Shown here: piece by piece, positions 39,492 through 52,332 of the stretch
How the letters are laid out: every line of letters begins with the position of its first letter
Position numbering within the stretch: position 1 is the stretch's first letter
Assembly: GCA_951406725.2 (NCBI GenBank)
Contig: OX597816.1
Location: forward strand, 173,228,001-173,292,000
Length of the DNA stretch: 64,000 bases
Source of the DNA: Octopus vulgaris
Lineage: Eukaryota
Direction of reading: 5' to 3'
Notes under the pieces: generated by a model
Told to the model about the DNA's origin: nothing
The model's input: only the letters and a program-made list of their open reading frames with translations
The model's database searches: none
Position numbers and translations under genes: made by a program

Positions 39492-41387
39492 CTAGCAGAA
39501 CTGCCCGGCGTTGCTCGGGGCTGAATTGCTTGAAAGTACTGTAAATGATTGCACTGAATTATGATGATTATTCAGGCAAATATTGATATAAGTTTACGGT
39601 TGGAGATAAGGACTTAACGATCAACCGTGTGCCATTGCATTGTTTTGGGGGAACCAAATTTCTGATGAGCATTATAGGGGCACCAACTTTAAGTTTGAGA
39701 AAGTGTGGTGGTAGTCCAGGGTGCTCAAAGGAATTGAGTACCTCTATTGGATAGTTGATGACGTCCTCTGGGTCAGGAGTTGTATCGATAGACTGATATA
39801 CATAGACTTCCCCAGGAATGAGTTTTAGCATTTCATCATTAATATGGTGAACAGTTTTATTCCTCGGGGCCAGTATAGCCTTTTTGCCAATCCAATCCAT
39901 ATTCTGATAATTAGCTTGTAGATCTGGGAACACTGCATCTCTGAGATCAGAAGGCGTCTTAACAATGGTACAAATGGAATCGATGGCAATATTACCATTT
40001 TCATCCCCTGGTATTTTGCCTTCGCCAAGTGCAAGGAGGGTGTGAGGAAATGCTGCTGATGTGATATTACGTCGCATATGAGCACGCATATTGGTGTGAA
40101 GTTTGAGAGTTACTTCCCTTTATTTAAAGAAATATGCATTAAAATGGAAAAAAATGATGGTAAATTATTTGTAAAATCATAGACTCATCGTAGACGCGCG
40201 CTAATACCCAGAAGAGCTCGATATGAATCACGACTATAAGATACCCGGTTTTGGTTAAACTGCATCGCAAAATGTGGGAATAGTTAGGAATCTAAATCAG
40301 AGTAGACAGACACACAACCTTTCTTTTATATATAAATATTTTCGTCCTAAAAAACTTTGTATGGATTGAATGGTTACCTCTATGGAAATATATACACGCA
40401 CATTATACATACATGTGTGTATAGATGAATATATAAATACATTTAAATATCTATATATACTTTTGGGCGATCTTTCTGTTTCTTAGAGATAACTTTAGAT
40501 CTTATTTTCGTCCTAAAAAACTTTGTATGGAGTGAATGGTTACCTCTATGGAAATATATACACACACGTTATACATACATGTGTGCATAGATGAATATAT
40601 AAACACATTTATATATCTATGTACACTTTTGGGCGATCTTTGTGCTACTTAGAGATAAGTTTAGATCTTATTTTCGTCCGAAAAAACTTTGTGCGGAGTG
40701 AATGGTTACGTCTATGGAAATATATACACACACATTATACATACATCTGTGTATAGATGAATATATAAATACATTTAAATATCTATATACACTTTTGGGC
40801 GATCTTTCTGCTACTTGGATATACTTTAGGTCTTATATTCGTCCTAAAAAACTTTCCTGTCACACACTCACACACATGCACACACACACACACGCACCCT
40901 CACACACACACACACGCACACACACACACACACTCACACACACGCACACACACACACGTTAGCTTACAATTTTATTTATATATTTGCGTGTCTATGCGTG
41001 TAAAGAGGAAGTGGGAATGCAGAGTGAAAGAGTCACTCACTACAAAAAGTGAATTACTTTCACTTTAATCGTTGCACACTTGCAAAGAGAAAGGAGGAGA
41101 AATTAGGGTGATAGTGTCAGTGAAACAGTTCGCTCCGTTTGTGTGTGTGTGCGTGTGCATGTGCTGTAGCCCACACTAAGAAAAGCACTTGACTTAGACA
41201 CCACAATGTGAGTTTTCTCTAAATTTTGCTTAATTGGGGTTGAAATTTTAAAAACCGGACCTGGCACGACCCGATGCATTCTACTCTTAAAAATGCTAGG
41301 TAAATTGTAATTGAAGAAATCCTATATTGTAGATTTCTATAAGAGACAAAGGGAGGCAGATAAAAATCTGCCTTTTATAATAAGAGA
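39492..41387 (-). mobile_element. Composite Helitron carrying a Pif1-like helicase fragment, nested in a SINE
   Basis: 3' CTAG and hairpin at 39492; 5' TCtcttattataaaagg at 41387. ORF 39568-40089 has the RepHel helicase motifs AILAPRN, GLPPHFLKLKVGAPIMLIRNL and CNGTRLIV. The flanking SINE halves rejoin when the element is removed. Confidence 0.88.
40337..40855. repeat. 166-bp tandem repeat, about 3.1 units, inside the composite Helitron
   Basis: tattttcgtcc recurs at 40337, 40503, 40669 and 40835. Confidence 0.9.
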
Positions 41388-41797
41388 TATATACAACGGG
41401 CTTCTTTCAGTTTCCGTCAACCAAATCCACTCACAAAGCTTTTGTCGGCCCGAGGCTATAGTAGCAGACACTTGCCCAAGGTGCCACGCAGTGGGACTGA
41501 ACCCTGAACTATGTGGTTGGTAAGCAAGCTACTTACCACACAGCCACTCCTATGCCTATTTGTTTGCAATTTTCTGTGAAAATATGTCCAGACTAAGAAA
41601 ATATATTATTTGCTTGGAAATGGGTAAGGGTTGGTGACAGAAAGAGCATCCAGCGAGAGAAAATTTACCTCAACAAATTTCATCTGATCAATACGAGGGA
41701 TAACAAAATTATCTGAACCAAAAATGTTTTTGACTTTTTAGAATTTTCAGCTGGCAGCAAAACTTGCAATTGAAGACAGATAACAAAATTATTCAAT

Positions 41798-42207
41798 AGG
41801 CACAGGAGTGGCTGTGTGGTAAGTAGCTTGCTTACCAACCACATGGTTCCGGGTTCAGTCCCACTGCGTGGCACCTTGGGCAAGTGTCTACTACTATAGC
41901 CTCGGGCCGACCAAAGCCTTGTGAGTGGATTTGGTAGACGGAAACTGAAAGAAGCCTGTCGTATATATGTATATATATATGCGTGTGTTTGTTTGTGTGT
42001 CTGTGTTTGTCCCCCTAGCATTGCTTGACAACTGATGCTGGTGTGTTTATGTCCCCGTTACTTAGCGGTTCGGCAAAAGAGACCGATAGAATAAGTACTG
42101 GGCTTACAAAAGAATAAGTCCCGGGGTCGAGTTGCTCGATTAAAGGCGGTGTTCCAGCATGGCCGCAGTCAAAATGACTGAAACAACTAAAAGAGAAAAG
42201 AGAGAGT
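41798..42207 (+). mobile_element. SINE family A copy
   Basis: Full-length match. Confidence 0.85.
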
Positions 42208-42419
42208 ATAGCAGACATTTATGACTGCCTCATGTAGCTTGTAAATTTAATTAACTTATATTATTAATTAGTTAATGCAGTTGTAGGTAAAACCTTGGGT
42301 ATATTCCACAGCAATTTTAGATATAAAAATAAACCAAGTTGGCAAGTCAGATATATATGCATATAAAAACGTGTCTGTATGCATGTACTTATGTATGTAT
42401 GATTGTATATATACATATA

Positions 42420-42816
42420 CTAGCAGTGTCGCCCAGCGTTGCTCGGGTTTGTAAGGGAAATAACTATATAAGCATTTTTAGAGATGTAAAGTATAATAGC
42501 CATCTCAATATGGCTAACAACAAAGGGGGAGGGGTGTTACTGTAGCTTTTTACGTTCTGAGATTTAATAATAAATTTTTAGAGAGTTACTTCCCTTATAT
42601 ATGCCAAAAATGCATTAAAAATGGGAAAAATTGATGGTAAATTTTTTTTTAGATGGTAAATTTTTTAGATGCGCGCTAATACCCAGAAGGGCTCAATATG
42701 AATCACGACTATAAGATACCCGGTTTTGGTTAAACTGCACTGCAAAATGTGGGAGTAGTTAGGAATCTAAATCGTAGGAGACAAACAGCACACAACCTCA
42801 CTTTTATATATAAAGA
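42420..42816 (-). mobile_element. Non-autonomous Helitron copy
   Basis: Same family, with intact termini. Confidence 0.85.
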
Positions 42817-42946
42817 TATGTACGCAGATTGACTGAGAGATCCCACAAAGATAGTAGGGTACTTACCAAAGTAACAGAAAGTAACAAAACTACACAAAAA
42901 CAGAATATGTACATGTATAAGTGAAAGAAATTTGTGCTAAGTTTAC

Positions 42947-43038
42947 CTTCTTAGCACTGTCCATGACACATTGACACCTTTGTCACGTAATTCATCAGAA
43001 ATCTTTATGCACTCATGATCATTGTTATCTTGGGGTTC
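42947..43038 (-). CDS. Minus-strand host gene, exon D (EPQDNNDHECIKISDELRDKGVNVSWTVLRR)
   Basis: Acceptor (tat)n-tttcAG, donor AAG|GTAAAC, 92 nt, phases 0/2. Confidence 0.82.
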
Positions 43039-43043
43039 CTGAA

Positions 43044-43087
<44 letters not shown>

Positions 43088-43170
43088 TAATAACAACAAC
43101 AACAATAATAATAATAACAATAATAATAATAATAATAATAATAACAACAACAATAATAATCATCATCATC

Positions 43171-43340
43171 ATTGTTCGACCGTGGTCGAGACAATGGAAT
43201 TTACCATGCTACGCCAGACTTCACGGTCCATCATGGCATTACGGAGGTCCTGTTGCTGGATGCCTGTATCCCTGGAGATTACATCAGGGTAGGAGAGTGT
43301 GCGCCCACTGGTATTGCGAGTAGATGGCTTCCAGAGGAGA
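43171..43340 (-). mobile_element. 3' fragment of a second RTE-type LINE family with a long (TAT/TGT)n tail
   Basis: LLLWKPSTRNTSGRTLSYPDVISRDTG...LRNAMMDREVWRSMVN, typical of RTE/RTE-X C-termini. The tail runs 43170 to 43044. Confidence 0.65.
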
Positions 43341-43382
43341 AGAGTAGAAATTACCTCTAATAATAACAATAATAATAATAAC

Positions 43383-43435
<53 letters not shown>

Positions 43436-43445
43436 TAATAATAAT

Positions 43446-44010
43446 GATGCAGTAATTGCTCTGATGCAGTACCAGGCAGTGACTCTCATGGCTTCTGATC
43501 ATAACTGACTGGAAGTGTTATCATGTACATTGTTTTGTCTTGGTATAAAAGATGGGCTACAGCAAATATTCTGCTCAATACCACAGATTTGCTTGTCAGT
43601 TGTTTGACCTTAACCAGTTGAGCATGTCCCTTAGGGGCTGACGATATGTGCATCTCTGATCACGAGCAGAAGTAGTGGGGGAGCATCATAGCCATGTGTT
43701 GAGAGGGATTCTTGGAGGTTTGAATAATTCACCTCTGGAAACATGGGTGGTTCTTTCAACATCCTTAAACAACCCTTATTCAGGGACCTTTTGAGTGGGA
43801 TGGGCTACTCAACCTGAAGAAAATTCTAACTGGGCCCCACCTGCAAGGTCATGTGCTGTTTATCTTGATATGAGATCACCATGTTGCGCACATATGGTTG
43901 TGATGCATGTGCCTGGTGTACCTTTATCAGACGGGTAGTCATGATGGGTATATTGGGCTTCGATATTTTACCCCAGTGTCACTTTGATGGCATGCACTGC
44001 TCTCTCACTC
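43446..44010 (+). mobile_element. Non-coding 3' end of an (AAT)n-targeting retroelement (Dong-like)
   Basis: Embedded in (AAT)n on both sides. It ends ctctctcactc-(aat)n, the same 3' end as the copy at 13605-13876. Confidence 0.7.
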
Positions 44011-44078
<68 letters not shown>

Positions 44079-44094
44079 TAGTAATAACAATACT

Positions 44095-44994
44095 AATCCT
44101 TTCTAATCTAGGCACATGGCCTGAAATTTTGGGGGAAGGGACTAGTTGATTACATCGATCCCAGTGTTTCACTGGTACTTAATTTATCGACCCTGAAAGG
44201 ATGAGAGGTAAAGTCCAAACCAGCAGAATTTGAACTCAGAACATTCTGCCTAGCATGCTAACAATTCTGCCAGCTTGCTGCCTTAATCCTTTCAACAATA
44301 GGCACAGGGCTAACAATTTTAGAGGGAGGGCTTTGTCAATTACATCAACTCCAGTGTTCATCTGGTACTTTTTTTTTTATCAACTCCAAAAGATGAAAGA
44401 CCTTGAATTTTGAACTTAGAACATAAAACCAGAAGAAATGCTGTCAAGCACTTTATCTGGTATAAATCCTTAAAATCCTTAAAAATGTTTTAGGCCACGG
44501 CCATGCTGGGGCACCACCGCTAATGATTCTGCCAGCTTGCTACTTTAATACTGATTTCAAATTTTGGCACGAGGCCAGCAATTTCAGGGGTGGATTCAAT
44601 TACATCGACCTCAGTGCTCAACTGGTACTTATTTAAATGACTCTGAAAGGATAGAAGGCAAAGCCTCTGAAGAATTTGAACTCAGAAAACAAAGATGGAC
44701 AAAATGCTGCTGAGCATTCCACCCAGTGTGCAAACAATTCTGCAAGTTCACCATCTTCTGGTGCTTTAACATTAATGATTTGTTTCTGCTATAGGCTTCA
44801 GGCCAGAAATTTTGTGAGGAGAGGGCGAGTTCATTACATCAACCACAGTACTCAACTGGTACTTATTTCATTGATCCTGAAAGAATGAAAGGCAAAGTTG
44901 ATCTCAGTGGCATTTGAACACAGAATGTAAAGGCAGATGAAATGTCACTAAGCATTTTGTCCAGTACAACAATGATTCTTCCAGCTCATGCACT

Positions 44995-44995
<1 letters not shown>
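44095..44995 (-). mobile_element. Head-to-tail cluster of about four old SINE B-variant copies
   Basis: Repeated ggcac.aggcc..aattt...actggtactta...aatttgaactcagaa...attctgccagct modules at ~44097, ~44285, ~44550 and ~44780, bounded by (AAT)n. Confidence 0.75.
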
Positions 44996-45046
<51 letters not shown>

Positions 45047-45069
45047 TATTTGGCCAGAAGTATTATTAT

Positions 45070-47960
45070 ACTTTCTGGTTATGAGAAGCCTAATTTCTTA
45101 AGATTGGTATTTAGGCAGTGTTACATATCCCAGGGCCCTAATAATTAGTTATAAACCTGACAATTGTAATCTGGATAGAGTAACTGCAGATTTTTCAATA
45201 GCTCAGCGTAGGTATTCTCTTTTTCACTGATCTCCAGTTTTATGTTAATATCTACTGGGCAACTAATTTCAACAACTACACATTTTCACTTCTCTATTCC
45301 AAATCATTATAACAGGTCTGTTGTGCTTACATTTTATTGAGGTTTTCACTGGGAAATTCCACTAGTACTCCTTTTTATTATGAGTGGCTATGACTTCTAC
45401 TATGTTGTGGGTTCTTATTTCTTTGTCCTCGGGGTTATCCTTTTGATGGATTTCATTATATAACATCCTAGCCACAACATTATGTCTCAACAGGAGATAA
45501 TACCATGATGACATTTTTGGGCAACTGCTTATGATATAGGTGCTGTCTTCAGTGTCAACTCCACAAAATCTGCATCACATTTTACTGCTTTTCCTGCATC
45601 TCTGCCCCCTTTGTGCATCAGGTATCTTGTTGATATTTCCCGTTCCTGGATTGCAAACACATATCCTTCTTAGTGGGAGGTAGTAATCCGTTTATTAGTC
45701 CATGATAGACTGCTTTGATGATCAATGTTACTATCATCCTAGAGCTTTCTACTAACATATCCATGCATAGTCTTCTGCTCGTATGTGCTCCTCCTTTCAT
45801 CTGATGATATGTTTCAGTAGAGTCATACGATTTCTTTGAGCATGTATTTAAGGTTATCAGACAAGGAATGCTGCACAAGGATCTGCCTTCTATGTCTTAT
45901 GATGTTATCAGCCTCATGTATGCAAACTTGATCAAGGGATACACTTCGACACTTGGTGCTTAAAAGACGTTGCCGAAGGGATATGATACGACATTCAAAG
46001 GCATTTTGGATCGATGTTAAGCCTCTGCCACCTTGTTTTCATTTTAGGTAGAGGCAGTCTTCATCACTGTTTATGTAGAAACTATGTGTGCTTGTTAATA
46101 TTTTCTGGGTTCTCACATCAATGACCCAGATTTCATCAAGTGTCTAATCAAGCAGCCCAAATATTGGTATGAGTACTGGCACTGCAAACATATTGTGGGC
46201 CACTGCTTTATTGAATGCAAAGAATTCTGAGGTCCAAATATTCTTTATTCAGCTGTAATATTCTTTAGCAGAAGCCAAAAGCTGTCAGTGAGAAATTCTG
46301 ACATCAGAAGAGAATAACCAGGAGAAAAACAATAAACAAAAAATTTAACCAGAACCAGGCAACAGTGTACAGAGACATGAAAGGAGAAGCAGTGAACATC
46401 ACAGAAGTCCTTCATGAGAAGACAGACTCCTTCTGGGAAGAAAATATGGAGTGAAGAGGAGTTTAACCAAGATTTTCTGTGGCTGGAAGAAATCCAAAGA
46501 AGTTATTGCCTCAGCATTACACCAAAGACATACAGCATTGATGGTGATATCCTTGTAACTGTGATCCAGAAACTTCAGGATGGAAAAGCATCTGGAAGAG
46601 ACTTGGTTGTTGGATATTGGTACAAGAAGCTAACCTTCTACTGACCATATCTTATCAATCTGTACCAGCATAGGAACAGCAGCATACCACACTGGTTAGC
46701 TCTGGCAGAGACAAAACTGGTCCCCAAATGCACAACCACCCGCATAGCAAAAAAACTACCGGCCAATTACCATAATGTAATGTATAAGATATTATACAGC
46801 ATGCTTAAACCTCTTCCTTCAAGACCATTCATCATCATCATTTAACATCTGCTTTTCATGCTGGCATGGCTTGTACGGTTTGACTGAAAACAGATAAGCC
46901 AGGGGGGCTACACCAGGTTCCAATCTGATTTGACAAGGTTTCTACAGCTAGATGCCCTTCCTAACACCAACCACTCTGAGAGTGTAGGGGGTGCTTTTTA
47001 CATGCCACTGGAATGGGTGCCATTGACCTGAAACTGGCATCAGTGATGATTATGGTCTCACTTGACTTGACAGGTCAACACAAGCATGGTATATTGCCAA
47101 AGGTATCACTGCCTCCATGAGGCCCAATGCTCAAATGGTGCTTTTTGCATGCCATTGGCATCAGCCCAATAACATCATCACAGCAGAATAAGCAGCTTCT
47201 TGACTGCAGCAATATGCTACATATCTCAGTCTTCTGTCATCCCCTTTTGTAAGGTTCAGCATTTTGGCAACAGCCTTCAATACTTCATCCCATGTTTTCC
47301 TGGGAACAAGGGAGTCTGGAGATGTGCCAAACAATTGTTAATCAACGAAACTGTGATGTCAGAGATGCAGGAGAATAGAAGGAACCTTGTTTCAATGTGG
47401 CTAGACTACAAGAAAGCCTTTGACTCTGTCCCCCACTCATGGATGCTAGAAGCCCTTCAACTTGCTAAAGTTCCAGTGAGCATAATCAAAGCCATAGCTG
47501 ACCTGACTTCCTTGTGGGCCACTATCTTGAAATTAAACACAAAGAGTGACTGTATTATCACCGATAGAATACAGTATCACAAAGGCATATTCCAAAGGGA
47601 CAGCCTCTCTGTGATGTTGTTTATACTTTCTGTAAACTCCTTGTCATTCATGTTAAGGAAGTTTGAAGGATATCTCACTGGTTTACAAGGAAACAGAAAT
47701 ACCAAAATTATACACTGTCCCTTTGTGGACAACTTGAAACTTTATGCAAAGAATATGCACAAGATGAAGAAGAGCCTTGACCTGGTTACAACATTCTCAA
47801 AGGATGTAGGGTTGGGGTTTGGTCAGGATAAATGTTGTTATATGGTTGTGAAAAGAGGGAAAACTGTAAAGCAGACTAGCAACATCTCCATCAGTGACTT
47901 GACTGTTTCCTCTACATCTGATGAGGAAGGTTACAGATAACTAGGGATAGATGAAAATAT
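45070..47960. mobile_element. Decayed Dong/R4-clade LINE with an internal inversion: RT on + (~46270-47960), post-RT/RLE part on - (~46265 to 45070)
   Basis: Plus strand: WLDYKKAFDSVPHSW, KGIFQRDSLS, FVDNLKLY, LGIDEN. Minus strand: KEYYS.IKKIWTS..NKAVAHNMFAVPVL, GGRGL, RHNVVARMLY, ISCPVD. An RTE UTR is inserted at 46828-47300. Confidence 0.8.
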
Positions 47961-47964
47961 ATCT

Positions 47965-48597
47965 TACATACATGCATGCATGTATGTATGTATGTATGTA
48001 TGTATGTATGTATGTATGTATGTATGTATGTATGTATGTATGTATGCATGCATGCATGTATGTATGGTTGCATGTTTGTATGTATGGTTGGATGTATGTA
48101 TGCATGCATGCATGTATGGTTGCATGTATGTATGTATGGTTGCATGTATGTATGTATGCATGTATGTATGGTTGCATGTATGTATGCATGCATGTATGTA
48201 TGTATGGTTGCATGTATGTATACATACATGCATGTATGTATGGTTGCATGTATGTATGTATGGTTGCATGTATGTATGCATGCATGTATGTATGGTTGGA
48301 TGTATGTATGTATGTATGCATGCATGTATGTATGTATGGTTGCATGTATGTATGCATGCATGTACGTATGTATGGTTGCATGTATGTATGTATGTATGTA
48401 TGCATGCATGTATGTATGGTTGCATGTATGTATGGTTGCATGTATGTATGCATGCATGTACGTATGTATGGTTGCATGTATGTATGCATGCATGTATGTA
48501 TGGTTGCATGTATGTATGTATGGTTGCATGTATGTATGCATGCATGTATGTATGGTTGCATGTATGTATGTATGGTTGCATGTATGTATGCATGCAT
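47965..48597. repeat. Compound microsatellite (ATGT)n/(ATGC)n/ATGGTTGC
   Basis: Direct reading; it generates several spurious ORFs. Confidence 0.95.
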
Positions 48598-49830
48598 CTT
48601 TTTTTAGCTTCTTCATTTTAATGTCCACTTTTACATATTTGCATGGAGAAGTGGACAGAGTTTATCAAGACAGGTTTTCTATGGCTGGATGCTCTTCCTT
48701 TCACCAACCATCATTTCTTTCCATGCAAGCTAATACTTCTCCGTGGCCAGACATATATACTTTGCAGAAAATTGGAAATTAATGATGCAGCTTACATGAA
48801 AGTGACATTCGTTTATAACTTTCACACAACATCAAGACAAGGAGACACAAACGTAGGATCTTTTGCTTGGCTGCCACTTTTCAATTTCTTCAATTTTTGC
48901 TCCAATTGATTTCATATTTGGTGTTTTATAGTTTTGTACAGTAATCATTGACATGAAATTCAATTTTGCAAATCAATAAATAAAGAATTAACAGTTTTTA
49001 AAGTTTGCAAATTTTGGCTACTTTTAGCCAATCGAAAGTCACAGACATATAGGTGCCTGTTTCCATAGGAGCAAGTCAAGCTGTTACCAATCTACTTACT
49101 CATGTGGTCATTTTTCGTTTATTAAATCCTTAAAACACATGAGGCATGAGGTGGTTGTACAATGTGCTAAAAATAATAGCTAAAGAGGCCTTAAATCACA
49201 CACCAAATTTTTTTTTTTTTTGTGTGGTGGGTTGCATAACTGTATGAATTCCAGTGTGTAGAATACAAATTTGCAAAACATTTTTTTAAAAGTTCCCAAA
49301 AAATAAAAGAGTCATGAGAGGTTATATGGCATGCATAAAGCAGAATTCCATCAATATTTCATTTGTTTACAGTTGGCAATACGTGCTGTCATACACAAAA
49401 TGACAGCTTCCAAATTCTGTTTTCTGACTGGGTAAAAATTTAAACTTTAAACCTCTGTAACTATTTTTTTTTTTAATTTCTGGAAAAAGTGTATTAGCCC
49501 CTGAAATTCAGTCTGGAAAATTACATCAATACGCCAAATTTTAAAATTTTCACTAAGCTTTAAAATTTCCACAGGTGCAACCCAAACACACACACACAAT
49601 TTCATTTGCATACATATATATATAAAGGGAAAGTTTATGAAAATAAACAAAGACGAAGACAGGTGGTGTACAAAACAAACAGATGTATTAGTATAGCACT
49701 CAGGAATAGAAAAAGTCTTTTATGTTTCAAGCCTACACTCTTCTACAGAAAGGTACACAGAAAAAACAAGGAGAGAAAAAAAATGTGTGTAGTGGCTAAT
49801 GATCTGTCATGGCATCTCTCTGTCTCTCTG

Positions 49831-49895
<65 letters not shown>

Positions 49896-50479
49896 CTGGC
49901 ATGCATTCCAGTTATGTGAGTTGTGCATTGCATGGCCATTTAATTTTTAATATAAATCAAAATTAAATTTAAAACCATAATTTATTTGTAACTACATCAA
50001 AAAGTTGTCAAAAATCCATGAAAATAATATGAATATAGCCTTACTTGGATTATTGAAGATAGCTCTATTCTGATCTTATTTCCATCCAATTAAAGTTAGT
50101 TTGGAAGTTATGCGAAGTTAAAAATGCATGAAGGTTCTTGTCTTTGGTTTCTTCTCTCTATCTGCCAATACCTCTTTCTATGCCCTATCAGTTTTTTTGT
50201 GATTGGTGTGGCTTAAAGACTGACCTGATGGTTGAATGGACTTGGCCATTCAACCTCAATGAAGAAGCATTAAATCTACAAATAGAAGCAATCCAAGCCC
50301 TTTCAAAATTCTTTATCAGTCAGATCAGTTCTGTCAGAAAAAATTATTTATTTTCTCTTTGATATTTTGGTGTTCATTGTTACAGTGCTGGACTTGTTGG
50401 AATTTCTCTCTTTTGGTTGAGATCTTTCATTGCTTTGTTGATTTATTAAGATTATCTTCCATTTCATTCAAATTGACTC

Positions 50480-50838
50480 TCAGGAGTGGCTGTGTAGCTT
50501 GCTAACCAACCACATGGTTCCGGGTTCAGTCCCACTGCGTGGCATCTTGGGCAAGTGTCTTCTGTTATAGCCCCAGGCAGACCAATGCCCTGTGAGTGGA
50601 TTTGGTAGACAGAAACAGAAAGAAGCCTGTCGTATATATGTATATATATATATATACATAAGTGTGTGTGTATATGTTTGTGTGTCTGTGTTTACGTCCC
50701 CATCACTTAGCAGTTCGGCAAAAGAGACCGATAGAATAAGTACTGGGCTTACAAAGAATAAGTCCCGGGGTCGATTTGCTCGACTAAAGCGGTGCTCCAG
50801 CATGGCCACAGTCAAATGACTGAAACAAGTAAAGAGAG
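50480..50838 (+). mobile_element. SINE family A copy
   Basis: Match with small deletions. Confidence 0.83.
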
Positions 50839-51571
50839 TTCACACACACACACATGTGCACATAATTCTTTTATAAAATCTTTTGAACGTTTGAAATATT
50901 AGTCCAAATGACTGAAATGTGTGTTTTAAAAGAACTTTTGAAAAATAGTTTTTCAAAAAAAAGACTTTGAAAGGAAACAATTAATTATAAATGATGGTAG
51001 ACCAGCACCAGAATTACCTAATTTATGAAGTTACGAGAAATGTATCCAACAATTGCAGACTAATCTATATGTTGAAATAGTTGAAATAGTTAACTGGAAG
51101 TGCTACACTAAATAAGTTATTTTGTTGACCATGTTTGTTATTTAATTTAGAAAAAGCTTTTTGGAATGATAAAGGTGGGTCATGCTAAAGCATAAATGTT
51201 CTCAAAGACATACAAAATCTTTGAAAGATCTTAAAACATTTGGGAATGTTCACATAGACTTACAATTAGATGTGTATAAAAACAGGCATACAACAACATA
51301 ATGAAGAAGTTAGATGAAGCAGATCCATTTTGTGGTGATTGATCAATGCAATTAGATAATGCAGTTAAAAGAAGATTTCCCAAAACATCAAGAACCAGAT
51401 GGAACTAATTCTCGCATCTTATTATTAGTGCAAAAGAAGATTGTAATTTCATTATCAGCCTTTTTGAAGACATAATAGAAAATCTTGAAGCATAGGACAA
51501 GACCAAAATAAATTGGTATTAGATTCTTACATAATTTAAAAGCTTCTGATTTATATTTATTATAAGTAAGC

Positions 51572-51928
51572 GAGCCATCCGATCGTGGCCGTTGCCAGCA
51601 CCGCCTCGACTGGCCTCCGTGCCGGTGGCACGTAAAAAACACCATCCGTTCATGGCCATTGCCAGCCCCGCCTGGCCCTCATGCCAGTGGCACGTAAAAA
51701 GCATCATCCGTCCGTGACCGTTTGCCAGCTCTGTCTGGCACCTGTGCAGGTGGCACGTAAAAAGCACCCACTACACTCACGGAGTGGCTGGCATTAGGAA
51801 GAGCATCCAGCTGTAGAAACACTGCCAGATCAGACTGGGCCTGATGCAGCCTTCTGGCTTCACAGACCCCAGTTGAACCGTCCAACCCATGCTAGCATGG
51901 AAAGCAGACGCTAAATGATGATGATGAT
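51572..51928 (+). mobile_element. RTE 3' UTR-only insertion (others at 20826-21018 +, 38692-38975 -, 46828-47300 -, 58662-58955 -, 8262-8400 -)
   Basis: Matches the RTE 3' end (gg.tggc.ttaggaag.gcatccagctgtagaaac...cccatgctagcatggaaagc...(gat)n). Confidence 0.85.
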
Positions 51929-52332
51929 AATAAGTATTTAGTGACATATTTTCTTTCACTGATATCTTATTTAACATCCTTCAAAATAAAAGTCATGACA
52001 TAGTGTCTGGTAAAAAGCTAATAGATAAAACTAAAACTGTGCTTGAAAATAAACTCAATTTTTCAATATTTTATATGTTAGGGAAAAAATATAGAATTGA
52101 TGCAGCAATTGATCCCAGCAACATAAAAGAATGCACTGTAAGAAAATTATTGGCACAATAGTTGACCATCTAAAAACTCAACCTTAGAAAGCTTAAATTC
52201 ATGGAACTTTTCAGTTTCAGCAAAGGTGAGGAATAGCACAAAAAATTTTCAGTGCATACTTTAAAATATTTAAAACCTGTTTATGATAGTTTTTCTGACA
52301 TAATTTGATTGGAGAGTGAACTAAATGTTATG

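Larger units (their letters stand above)
39246..41558 (-). mobile_element. SINE family A copy split by the composite Helitron
   Basis: Tail half 39246-39491, head half 41388-41558. Confidence 0.85.

Noticed and set aside
39568-40089. Host PIF1 helicase gene
   Set aside because: Intronless internal fragment bounded by Helitron termini inside a SINE.
47912-48782. Long ORFs of 209-268 aa in six frames
   Set aside because: Translations of a stop-free microsatellite. The same applies to 58958-59676 and 43015-43508.
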